A stretch of 64,000 bases of DNA from Veleropilina oligotropha (lineage: Eukaryota). Where the stretch lies: NCBI GenBank assembly GCA_048128005.1, contig JBEUKZ010000047.1, forward strand, positions 248,001 through 312,000. The letters are read 5' to 3'. The stretch's first letter is position 1, and the number at the start of each line of letters is the position of its first letter. Positions 34,964 through 46,973 of the stretch are shown here, piece by piece. The notes under the pieces are model-generated. The model did no database searches, was not told where the DNA came from, and saw nothing but the letters and a program-made list of their open reading frames with translations. Made by a program: the position numbers and the translations under genes.

Positions 34964-35529
34964 AGTCTCGTCTTAGTGAGGCCGAGACCAGCGCATCTAG
35001 TACCCACTTGTTTGGCTGATCTTCCTGGAAAGAATTCAGCAATCTTCATGTTGATTGACCTATCCCCAACAAGTTGGGTGTTCAGTTCCATGATAAGCCG
35101 ATCATCCTCCGGAGAGAATATCTTCGATCTGACAGTAGGGTGCTGTCCTCCCCCTGCCCGCTCGGACAATTGGGTGGCCCGAGCATCTCGCTTTCGGACG
35201 ATCTCCTCCCTTAGAGCCTTTATCCGCCTTTCGTTCGCCACGATTGGGTGGCGATGGCGGATGTGCTGACCCAGTCCTACCTTCGTTTCAAAGGACTGGA
35301 TGCAGTTCTCACACGGACATAGGAACGATCGCTCCGGTGTTGCAGTTTCATCAGCGGGTCGTATGAGGCCCTTTCTGCATTTGCCGTGATGGATGGCAAT
35401 GCCTTTCAGGGATGGAAGAGTTTTACGACACAGGCGGCACATGAACCTGATGAATTCATTAGAGTGTCTGTCCTCCATATGATTCATCAGAGCCTGGGGA
35501 TCGATGAATGATTCCCGACAGGCCGCAGT
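34964..35529 (-). pseudogene. R2-type retrotransposon N-terminal fragment (C2H2-CCHC-C2H2 zinc fingers + Myb)
   Basis: ACRESF..LMNHMEDRH; CRLC..HHGKC; CENCIQSFETKVGLGQHIRHRHP; FSPEDDRLI..INMKIAEFFPGRSAKQV. Confidence 0.8.
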
Positions 35530-36057
35530 GTCTTAGTGTTTCATCACCCGAGGTCCCCGCCCACCCCGGAGCCCAACAAGGGGGCATTTAACAGGTGCGG
35601 GGTTCCAGCACCCAATGCCAGGGATACCCGGGTGATATACTCAAATAAGTGAATGAATATTAGTGGTGGGAAGTGTATATCCCACCATTCATTCCTCACT
35701 TGATTGACCCTTCAGCCACCGCCTTCTGGGATATAGATCAACGGATGGTAAGTGATCTATGATATGGTATTTTAAGATGTAAAATTTAAATGATGTTATG
35801 TTTAGAATGTTAAGTTATCCCAGGGCATGGCGTGACAAGCCGATTGATCAGATAGGGCCTATCTGACCTCCCGTCTAGCTGAATCCGAGGCCAAAGTAGT
35901 GTGTTGCTTCAGCCGAAGCCGAAGCTCAACTACCAGGACCCTCTTTTCCAACATCACGGGTCGCCACCCACGGCCAACAGGTGGCTCCCATTTGGGGGGA
36001 TCTTACCCCTCTGCAGGGAGAGCAGTCAGCATATTCTAACCCCTAACCGACTGGGGG
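35530..36057 (-). mobile_element. Isolated family A 5'UTR
   Basis: Near-identical to 55885-56412; ends just before the ORF1 ATG. Confidence 0.9.
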
Positions 36058-36960
36058 ACCATATTATTGGATAAAAATGTCACAAAAATATATATTTAAC
36101 AACATTCTATTATTACCACTGGAAAGATATTTCAATTATCTTTAAAATAGACACAACTTGTAATGATTGCTCAACGAAAAACTGTCAACGATGTTTACAA
36201 TTCAAAAAGTTTCTTGACGAAAACATTTTTCGGTGACAGTATTCGTGTCGAGTCATTGTATACGTCACGATGAGTTGGCAATAAAAATTCTCGAGAACGA
36301 GAACACGAGGTCAAGAAGTTATATATAGGGGATGGATACGTGGCAATGGGTACGTGGCAATAAACTGATCTAGAAGGGTATCTAAGAAATCCATGAGACT
36401 TGAACTGGCTATAGCCAAAAACCGGATTAGTGATATGCAGTTTCGGCCGAAATGTCCACAGGTAAGTGTTTTAATTTAACCCCCAGGGCCGTCCCTGGGT
36501 GTTTCTTTTAGATATACCCGGGCCGGCGAGGGTAGTGGGCCGTCCCTAAGGGCTCTATATAGTTTACGTTGTGTCGGAACGGGTGCTGGGAGCCTTATTT
36601 TTCCAGTCTAAAAAGTTTGCTCACCCCCCCCCCTGCTGCTGTTATGCCGGAAAAACTGCTCCATTTAGAGTACACTCACCCCCCCTGCTGCTGGTTCTCT
36701 TGAATGATACGATTAATTCTTTCGTTTTGCGTTCGTTAAGTTTCATATCGTTGTCGTTTGCCCAACTAGCTACCAGAGATGCTGCCAGTTGCATGGTTCC
36801 ATCGTTGCTATCCTTCGATGCGTGACATATAGATGTATCGTCGACATACTTGTATGCTATGGCTGGTTGAGGAATCTGTAGATCTCCTATGTGCACAATG
36901 AAAGTTTTTGAGCCTATCAAAGTGCCCTGGGGTGTTCCTCCGTTCAGAGTCAACATAGGG

Positions 36961-39900
36961 CAGGGCACGAAAATTCCACTCGTCCGCTCGTATTGACGAG
37001 TAACTATTCGGACAGGACGAGCAGAATTTATCAAAATGCGTATTTTACTCGTCCGACAGGACGAGTAGCTATTAGCAGCGGGTCTCTCAACACAGAACTG
37101 TCTGGATCACACACAAATGTCGACAATATTTAATTAGTAATCATTTTAATCCTAAGAACATGTTGTGACACTAAAAACGGGCACGACATAAACCTAGAAT
37201 CGTCACCGGAAACATTTGATCCATGAGTTATTTATCGATATGATACTAATAATAGAACCGTTTTCTACACGTTGTCCTGTATAAATTTACCTTTGCCGAT
37301 GTCGTTATCATTTCCGAATGCAGTGAAATAAATATTTCAGCATAAATTGCTTTATTATATTAATTTGTACGTTTTTTCTTTCTAAAATAACTCTACAGAG
37401 TGTACGTGAACAATGTCGGAGTGCATGATTTACGCTAACGCTTTCAATCACTGTGTATCTATTTTGAGCGCCTGGAATTCCCAAATAACCGTGCTGTTAT
37501 AAAAGTGAACCCCGTTTATAACATGTGCTTTTGCATTCGGTGTGATTCAGAGGTTTCCGTTTTATAGACGTAGGTAGCTTAGCGAAATAGTCCGGGGAAT
37601 GCCGATTGATTGAGCTTTCTGTCGTCTGCTATAGTAAAATGTCCGACATTCGCAAATTTTTACAAGGCGGCGGTGATAGCGAAAAACGATCGTTATTGAA
37701 AGAGAATGAAAAAAGGAAACTTTGTCAAAAGAAATATGATCAAAACAAACGAAAAAGATTACTTCATGATTCATGGTTGGATGAATATCCGTGGGCAAAA
37801 CAAGAAAATGGTGAACTTTTCTGTGCCATTTGCCGTAAATATCCTGGATTATCAGACAGAGAGTCCACACTTGTCAAGGGAATAAAAGATAAATACAGGA
37901 AAGAAACACTGAAATTCCACGAAAAGAGCGCGAAGCATGTGAAATGTATCGAGTGCCAAGCTGTGAAAGAAAAGCCAGAATGCAGTCAAATGGCCACAAG
38001 CATGAAAAAAGTGGATGAAAAAAATAGCGTCGTGTACGAAAAGTTATTCAACACGGCCTATTACATTGCCAGGGGGAATGAATCTTTCAGAAAATTTCCG
38101 GAATTGATTTCATTGCAGCAGAAAAATGGCGTGGAGGTAGGCATAAATTATATAAATGAAAAGGCATGTCGTGAATTTTGCATTAATATAGCAACAGTAC
38201 TGAAAAATCAAACTTCAAAGTGTGTACAGTCTGCACGTTTCATAAGCATACTTTCAGATGGATCGACAGACAAAGGAATAGTCGAGCAAGAAATAGTTTA
38301 TGTCCGATATGTTGGGAAAGACGGTGTGATGAAAACTGAACTTGCTGACATTGTCAATCTTGAACATGGCCACGCAGAGGGAGTAAAGCAAGGCATTTTA
38401 AAAGGTATGGAAAACATTGGACTGTCGCCTACAGAGTTGAGTAAGAAGCTAGTAGGCATCAACACTGATGGTGCAGCTGTGAATCTTGGGAAAAAATGAG
38501 GGGCTGTTAAATTACTGATCGATAGATTAAATGAAGAGGTACCCGAGGGAAGTGCATGTGGTGATTACATGACTGTAGTGCATTGTGTGGCCCACAACCT
38601 TGAACTTGCAGTGTGTGATGCCAAGAAAGATGTTCGATATCTCACAGACTTTGAGAGAGTTTAGAAAGGAATTTTCCAGCTCTATTACTACTCTCCAAAG
38701 CGCAGAACTTTCTGACATCGCAACATCCTTAGACCAGGACCTAAAGCACTATGGGGGTCTACAACAAATACGCTGGGTTGCCAGCCAGAACCGGGCACTC
38801 AAGGCTCTCTTAGATAATTATGATGTTACCATGGTTCATCTTCAGGATATTATATCAACTTGCAAGGATGAGAACGCAAACAAAGCCAGGAGTTACCTCA
38901 CAGAAATGAAAAGTGAAAGGTTTCTCACATTCTCCACTTCATGATAGACTGGACCAATTTGATTTCAGAAGTGTCAGTATTATTTCAACAGAAAAAGTTT
39001 CTGATTTCTGAGGTAGCTAGAAGAATCAGTGAATTGAAAGAAAAGTGTGCTACGATGAAATTAAGAAGGGGCAAGTTGTTGAGAAAGTTTCTAAGGGAAA
39101 CAAATGATGGAACGTTTCGAGGAAATGAAATGACACAGCGACAAGGGAGGCGAAACAACGACACAACAGAGCAGATTGCTAGTGACATTGATGAAATGTT
39201 AACTGCTTCAGAGTTATTTTTAGAGGAAAGGTTTATCAAACACCTGACAGGAGAACCACATGCTCTGTTTCGGGCCTTTGATTTTCATCAGTGGCCAAAC
39301 AAGGATGATAATCCAGATGGTTTCAGGCTGTATGGAGATGAAGAGATTGACAGATTACTAACATTGTACAGTCCATTACTGACCAATGAAGAAAATGAAT
39401 CAGCAGTAGATGAGTGGCTTGATTTGAAATTGTATTTGTCACGGAACCTAAACAGATCTATGGTCGATGCTTATGAAAGTCTCTTGGCCAATGAAGATGT
39501 AGAACATTTACGCCATATTATACCACTGGTGACCATAATGCTCACGATATCTCCCAGTACAGCCGAGTGCGAACGTGGGTTTAGTCAGTTAAACCAAATA
39601 AAAACAACACTCCGAACGTCTTTGAATCAAGATACGTTGTGCGCTCTTCAGAGAATCCGAGTAGATGGGCCTACCATGAAAGATTACAACCCAACACAAA
39701 GCATCGTGGAGTGGTTGAACTCTGGAAAGGGATCCAGACACACTAAAGGGCATACATGTTCTGGTCCAAGAGAGAAACGGTTACATCCAGCTGCAGCCTC
39801 AAGTGATTCAGATTCTGAATAGAGCAAGCACACGATTCTCCAGGACTGTTTTTGTCTATTGGCTCAGCTGCTCTTTTATGATTATGATCAATTGTTTATT

Positions 39901-40279
39901 AAATCATCTTCTCCAATCATATGTTTAATTCTTAATCTATGATAATGATAGATTCTACCATTGGTCCATATTATAAATTATGTGCATATATTTATATTAA
40001 CATTAACACAAAGACATGCAAAATATGTAGAGCGAGACGACCCTCATGCTGCTCGTATACTTTATTGAGGAATAACACATACATTTCCTATCTATAAAGA
40101 CACGCCATGCAAACAGTACATGTTAGTATAATATTACAAGTATTATATTATATTCACTATATTACTGTTAATTTTGGTTACAAAATGCAGGACGAGTGAC
40201 ATTTGGAACAGGACGAGTAGAATTTCCTTGGTACTCGTCCTACAGGACGAGTGAACATTAAAGTAATTTTCGTCCCCTG
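36961..40279 (+). mobile_element. hAT DNA transposon with 5-bp TSD (hAT5-like)
   Basis: TIR CAGGGCACGAAAATT/AATTTTCGTCCCCTG; TAGGG on both sides; subterminal GGACGAGT repeats. Confidence 0.9.
37639..39822 (+). pseudogene. hAT transposase (ZNF862-like), with stop and frameshifts
   Basis: YPW..LFCAIC, SDGSTD, TDGAAVN, HCVAH, IRW, TAECERGFS; TGA at 38497. Confidence 0.88.
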
Positions 40280-41625
40280 TAGGGTATATATCACGTTGCT
40301 GATTTTAACCTGCTGTTGCCTATTTAGTAGGAACGCAGCAACCCATTTCACCAAAAAATCGGGGGCTCCATTTGCTTTTAGTTTCTTCAACACAATGTTA
40401 TGGTTGACTAAGTCAAATGCCTTCGAAAAATCACATAACAGGATTCTGGCTACTGTACCGGCGGTATCTGTTGTCCTATATAGGTAATCCATCATGTCTA
40501 TAAGGGCATGGGTAGTAGATGACCCCTTTAGACCACCATATTGTCTTGAGTCTGTATCGAGAGATGTATCGTCAATCCACTGACACACGAAGCTTTCTAA
40601 CACTTTGCTAACAATAGGTGTGAGCGAAATTGGTTGTAAATCGGTCTTTATTGACTTTGGTGGATTTACCTTTGGTAAGGGCACAGTGAATGCCGATCTC
40701 CATAGCTGGGGGACAAAGCCTTCTCTGATACTAGCATTAAATATCGAGCAGATTGGACCAGATATATATGGCGCAAAATCTCTTAGTACCCATGCAGGTA
40801 TCTCATCTGGACCGGTAGCCTTATTCACACGTAGTTTGGAGAGCCGTGTTTCTACCTCGTGTTGTGAGATGGTGAATTCAGAAGACACGATGTCATTAGG
40901 GTCGAAATGCGGACTATTGGGTTGTAGTGGTGTTAGACAAGACCCAACAGATTGAAAGAATGTATTGATGGTTGTTGCCAACTCTTCCATACTGCCGTCG
41001 CATTCGTTGTTAGCGAGTAGTTGAAGTGGGGTGTTGCTCACACATCCCGTGCCCATCAATCCTTTCATATTTCTCCACCAGTCTCTTGGATTTCCGTGTT
41101 TTAAATTCGCAACTTTCCTTTGATAAAATTTCTTACGGAGATTCAAGTTTTCTCGATTAACCTTGTTGCGTAACTTATTATACAAAGTGACATTTCCTGA
41201 AGCATATGCTTGTTGACGTTTTCGGATTAGAAATTTGAAGTCTGGAGTAATCCATGGTTTATCTCGTTCGTGCAATGTTACACTTTTTGTTGGAAAATGC
41301 TTGTTATATAAAAGGATCATCTGGTCCTGAAAGCCGTCAAACATTTCTTGACATGATGACATCTTATAAATCGAAGTCCAGTTTGTTAACTTTAATTCAT
41401 GGGCAAACATGACCTTTTCATTTTGGCCTAAAACCCGTTTGGTTGAAGTTACTTTTTCACCAACGTTGTACGAAACTGATGGTTTGGGACGACACACTAT
41501 AGCATTATGGTCAGAAGATCCAACTGCGGAAACGACAGTTGCCTCGCTATACAATTCAGGCATACTGACAAAAAGTTTATCCAAAATGGCACTTTTTCTT
41601 GTTGGTTTATTAATAAGCTGCTTCA

Positions 41626-41836
41626 CTGGCTTGATTCCGCTAATGCGAACAGTAGTGGGTTCAATACCTGGCTGAGGCATTGAAATTTGTTCAAGTTATG
41701 AATCACAGTTGTCCGTGACTGGCCGGAGAGGGCGGGTTTACCCGGGCGACTGGGGTTTCCTCCCGCGATAACACGGACATGTCCTGCCTTGAACCTCGAT
41801 GTTGTAAATATACAGGAAATTAAGCATCATTCCTCC
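41626..41836 (+). mobile_element. tRNA-derived SINE (V-domain-like core)
   Basis: B-box GGTTCAATACC, core gggtttacccggg..ggtttcctccc, CCT tail; interrupts the CR1 frame. Confidence 0.7.
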
Positions 41837-42166
41837 CTCATGCGAAGTAATGAACGGATGGTATTGTCCTTCAGCTGATTAAAGTCGCCTGTTAGCATTA
41901 TGCCTGCATATGGATGTTTTTGTCGTATGGAATCAACGCACCGGAGTATGTGATCCACTAACGGTCGGTCATTGTTGTTATGAGGGTGATATACTACACC
42001 TAAAATAACGTGACTGCATAATCTAGGCATCTTAGTAGATTTTAATGTTACCCAAATTGTCTCAAAATCATCCTCGTAAAGGTGTGACCACTCTCTGTAT
42101 GCTAGGAGTTTCTTTATATATACCAACACACCTCCGCCTTTTTTGTGAGGTCTATCGTTTCTACAC

Positions 42167-42293
42167 GTGACTGGCCGAAGAGGGCGGGTTTACCCGGCGA
42201 CCGGGGTTTCCTCCCACGATAACACGGACATGTCCTGCCTTGAACCTCGATGTTATAAATATACGGGACATTAAGCATAATTCCTCCTCCTCC
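42167..42293 (+). mobile_element. 5'-truncated copy of the same SINE
   Basis: 12-bp TSD TCGTTTCTACAC (42155-42166, 42294-42305); (CCT)n tail. Confidence 0.85.
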
Positions 42294-43230
42294 TCGTTTC
42301 TACACATGCCATAACCGTCAATCTGAATCATATTGTCACTAATACCACCGTGACACCACGATTCTGTCACACATATGATATCAGTTTGATGCTCTTCGGC
42401 AGACACAGTTAAATCATCCACTTTTGACAGACACGATCGTAGGTTTGCGCACATAATGGATGGTAAGCAGCAACTAACATCCAACTAACATTGGATGTTA
42501 GTTCAATCAAATTGGATTTCATTACAGATCTATTATGCTTATTGCATTGGGCCGACGTAACTCTAACTGGAATACGTGAGCCATTGCTAAAGTCACGAGA
42601 CTGTGTATTGCGTGGTTCCCAAATGTTCAGAATGAAAATCGATTTACGTACATGTCTCTTTAACTTGCACATTGGCGAATTTTGCAAAGCCTTTAAAAAT
42701 GTTGAACTGTACTTGGCGACAAACATTATCGCGGCATATAATGTTCAGTGAAGCGGCTGAAGATCTCACCTCTTAATTCCAGTTGAACAAAAGACGCTAA
42801 TCAGATCACTCTGACAGGTAGTCCTGCTATTGTAAGGAAAACAATAGAGGTTCACGATTTATGTCCTGGATGACAAACTCAGTTTTGTTTGAAGATTTGA
42901 TTTGATTTGATTTGATGTTTAACGACCACGCCGACACTATTTGGTCATAATCGGGTCGGTCAAGTTGACTATATAATAATTTAATATAAAAAGTTAAAAG
43001 TTACGATAGTAAATACCGATGTAATAAGAGTTGTAAATAAAACAAAGCAATATATTTACAAATAAAATCAAGTTAAGATAAAAATCAATGTAATTTAGAT
43101 AAAAACAGCAATAAAATAAAATTTAAAAGCTATGATCAAATGTTTGCTAAAAACAAGTATAATAATAAAATAGTATAATAATACACAAAATATAGAATTG
43201 TCATAAAGGAAATAAAAATATAAATAAAAA

Positions 43231-46200
43231 TTATAACTTATAGAAAATATTTACTTGTTTTAAAAATTCAAATACGGCTTCGAGCTTATTAAGATTAAAT
43301 AACTCTTGGAGTGAATTTGCCCTAAAATAGCTTTGGCGTGCGAGATCCAAATCGACACAATCCAATAAAATATGTTTAATTGTTAGGGCAGTTGCACAAG
43401 GAATACACTCAGGTGGAGGCTCCCCTTTAAGCAAGTAGGAGTGAGTGTAGTGAGAATGCCCAATCCTCAGTCTGGCCAAGACCACCTCCTCTCGCCGAGT
43501 TGGTCTGTAAGAGGGGCCCCAATCGCCAAGAAGAGGTTGGACATTCTGCAGTTTATTCCTTGTGCATTCATTCCAAGAGTGCTGCCAAGTAGAATTTATA
43601 TATTTGTTTATGCTTTGTTTAAAATCTGAGTGTGGTAGTTTACAATTTAGTATATTATTAAAATGCGAGGCTGCCTTGGCAGCATGGTCAGCCTTCTCGT
43701 TGCCTTGGATACCGATATGGCTCGGTATCCAGCAAAAAACAATGTCATTGTCAGGTAAAAGGTTGTTATATTTTAATAAAATTTCCTGAACAATAACATT
43801 TCTATCCATCTCCCTCAGTGCTTGTAAGCTAGAGAGGGAGTCTGAATAAATAATAAAACGCTGTTTAAGACTTGTAGAGATAAATTTAAGAGCAAGCTCG
43901 ATTGCTTTAAGTTCTGCAGTATATATAGTCGCGCTGCCTGGCAGACGGTTTTGAAAACATTGTCTGCCAGTGACAGCGGCTGCTCCTACTAATTCTGCAT
44001 CTTTTGAACCATCTGTGTATATGCTTGCACGATCCGAATATTTCAATTTCAGATCGTGCAATTTTAAGAGATAATCTGTTGTTTCTGTGTCTGATTTTTT
44101 TAGTGATGTAAGTTGTAGGTCAATTACCGGTGCTTTTAGTGTCCATGGTGGAGTAACCGGAATGTGATTTGTTTTAATTTGACCTAAATGTATGCCTGAG
44201 TTATCTAGTGCAGGTTTGATGCGGATGCCGAATGGTGCAATTTTGTTTGGTTTTGCCTGAAATAAGTTTTCGTAATTTGGTGCAAATACAGTTTCGAAAG
44301 CTGGGTTAGATGGATTTGATTTTAATTTAATTGCGTATTGCAGTGACAATTTTTCACGTCTGTGTGTGAGAGATGGCTCATTGGCTTCGACATAGAGGCT
44401 TTCCATGGGTGATGTACGGAAAGCCCCCAGTGCAAGTCGAAGCCCTTGGTTATGGATTGGATCAAGCATTTTAAGGTATGAATGGCGAGCAGAGCCATAT
44501 ACAATGCTCCCATAATCAAGTTTAGATCTAATTAAAGATCTATATAATCTAAGTAAAACTTTTTTATCGGCACCCCATTCAGTATTAGAAACTACTTTCA
44601 TTAAATTTAAAGCTTTTTTACATTTAGCTTTAATGTATTTTAAATGCGGTATGAAAGACAGTTTTCGGTCAAATACAAGGCCTAAAAATTTAAATTGATC
44701 TACCACTGGAATCTCAAAGTCATCCAGCTTCAACACAGGGTCGTCATGTATTTCACGACGCTGGCAGAAGTGCATGCATTTAGTTTTGTCCTTTGAGAAT
44801 TTAAATCCATTCTCATCGGACCATATCTGTAATTTATTTAGGCCATGTTGTAACTGGCGTTCTATACTGTTCATATTTGTTGAACGATAGCAAATGCCAA
44901 AATCGTCAACAAATAATGAACAGTCAGTGCCAGTACTAATACATTTGACGATACTGTTTATTTTAATACTGAATAGGGTGACTGATAAAATACTTCCTTG
45001 AGGGACACCCATCTCCTGGTCGTGGATATCGGAGAGGGTGTCACCCACCTTGACTTGAAAATTTCTATCCTCAAGGAATTTCGAAATAAAATTGGGCAAG
45101 TGGCCCTTTAAACCAAAATCAAACAAATCATTCATAATCCCGTACTTCCAAGTAGTGTCGTAGGCCTTCTCTAGATCGAAAAAAACAGCAACTAAATGTT
45201 GTCTGTTTAGGAAGGCCTCACGAACAAAAGTTTCCAGACGTACCAAGTGATCTGTGGTGCTCCGGTTGCGCCGGAACCCACATTGATATTCTGTAAGTAA
45301 ATTATTTGATTCTAAGTACCAAACTAATCTCTCGTTTATCATCCTTTCCATGGTTTTACAAATACAACTCGTCAGGGCTATGGGTCGATAACTGTTGGGA
45401 TGTGATGTATCTTTTCCCGCCTTTGCAATTGGGATAATTGTAGCTTCCCTCCACGAGGGAGGGAATGTTCCAGTTTCCCAGATAGTATTGAATATTGCAA
45501 GTAGAGTTGTAAGTGATGTTGCAGGTAAGTGCTTAAGTAATTGATAGTGAATGTCATCAGGGCCAACTGTTGTGTCATGTGCCTTGTTTAGTGAATCTGT
45601 GAGTTCCTTGTGTGAAAATGGCTGATTGTATGACTCTGTATTGTTGGATCTAAAATTGAGCCTTGTTTTTTCTTTTTGATGCTTAAAACGGCTGAATTTT
45701 GGAGTGCAGTTGTCGGATGATGAATTGGCAGAAAATGTGTCTGCCAAGGTGTTTGCGATGTCTTTAGCCGTGTTGGCTTCTGAATTGGTTGTTTTAAGGT
45801 GCTTGATGCAGTTGGGTGTATGCTTGCCGCTGATTTTACGGATCATATCCCATGTTTTTTTAATAGTGGAACGAGAGTTTAGTTTGGTAACGTAGGAATG
45901 CCAGGATTCCCTTTTGCTGTGCTTGATGGTACGTCTGGCTTGTGCTCTTAATAGCCTAAAGCTATTAAGATTTTGTAGTGTTGGGTACTGTTTAAATGTT
46001 GAAATTGCATGTATGCGTGCTTTGATTGCTTGTCTGCAGTCTTCATTAAACCAAGGTTTACTTTTGTGTTTTGCATTTGGGCAGGTCTTTGGAATTGAGA
46101 GTGTTGCAATGTCATGTAATGTCGTAGAGAAACTTGATATTGGGTCATCGCCAGTAGCGAAGTTGTTTGAATGTAATTGGTCTTCGCAAAGGGATTGGAA

Positions 46201-46915
46201 TCTTGGCCAATCAGCTTTGTAAATTTTCCACCTTTCAGTGTATGTTTGTGCTTGGTTAATTGTGCTTTCCAGGAAAATTGGAAAGTGGTCGCTTCCGCGG
46301 AGGTCCTCACCAACTTTCCAAGTAAAGTCCAGGAAAGCAGATGGGTCGCACATGGTAAGGTCAATGGTGGTAAGTGAGCCTGTAGGTGGATGCATGTATG
46401 TTGGCGATTTGGTAGTATTAAATAAACACAGATTGTGTTTCCCAATAAAGTCCTCTATTTGATGTCCCCGTTTATCTGTATCAGTACCGCCCCAATCCGT
46501 ACTGTGGGCGTTAAAATCGCCACACAATATAAATGGGGTCGGTAGCTGATTGATGAGATTGTCAAGGTCAGTAGGTCGTAAGTTTGTACTAGGTGGTAAG
46601 TATACCGAGCAGATAGTTATTACTCGGTGAGTCGATATTTTCACTGCTACTGCCTGTAAGTTTGTGTTTAAGTTGACCTGACTGTGTGGTGTTCTGTTGT
46701 TGACAATGATTGAAACCCCCCCCTGTTGCTTTGTCACCAGTGGTGACAATGTGATTGTATAGTGAGTGGTCTTTGATATGTATGTTGTCTGTGAGTTTCA
46801 TGAAGGTTTCATTAAGACATAATGCTGTTGGTTTGTGTTCTTGAATTAATAGACTGATCTCATCAATATTAGGTTTAATGCCTCTACAATTCCATTGTAT
46901 TATTGTGCCTGACAT
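43231..46915 (-). pseudogene. A5 ORF2, +1 frameshift in C8 run 46716-46723
   Basis: ORFs 46589..46915 and 43231..46749; C7 in in-frame copies. Confidence 0.88.
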
Positions 46916-46973
46916 GTTGGTTTAATGGTGTGTGTATTAAGTTATTTGTTTGTAGTGTTATGTTAAAATTTGC

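Larger units (their letters stand above)
36690..42800 (-). mobile_element. CR1/L2-group LINE (APE-RT), interrupted by hAT and two SINEs, 3'-truncated
   Basis: CANLRS, VTESW, GGGVLVY, TGDFNQL, SSDHN, DFSKAFD, GTPQGT, YVDD; boundaries approximate. Confidence 0.85.
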
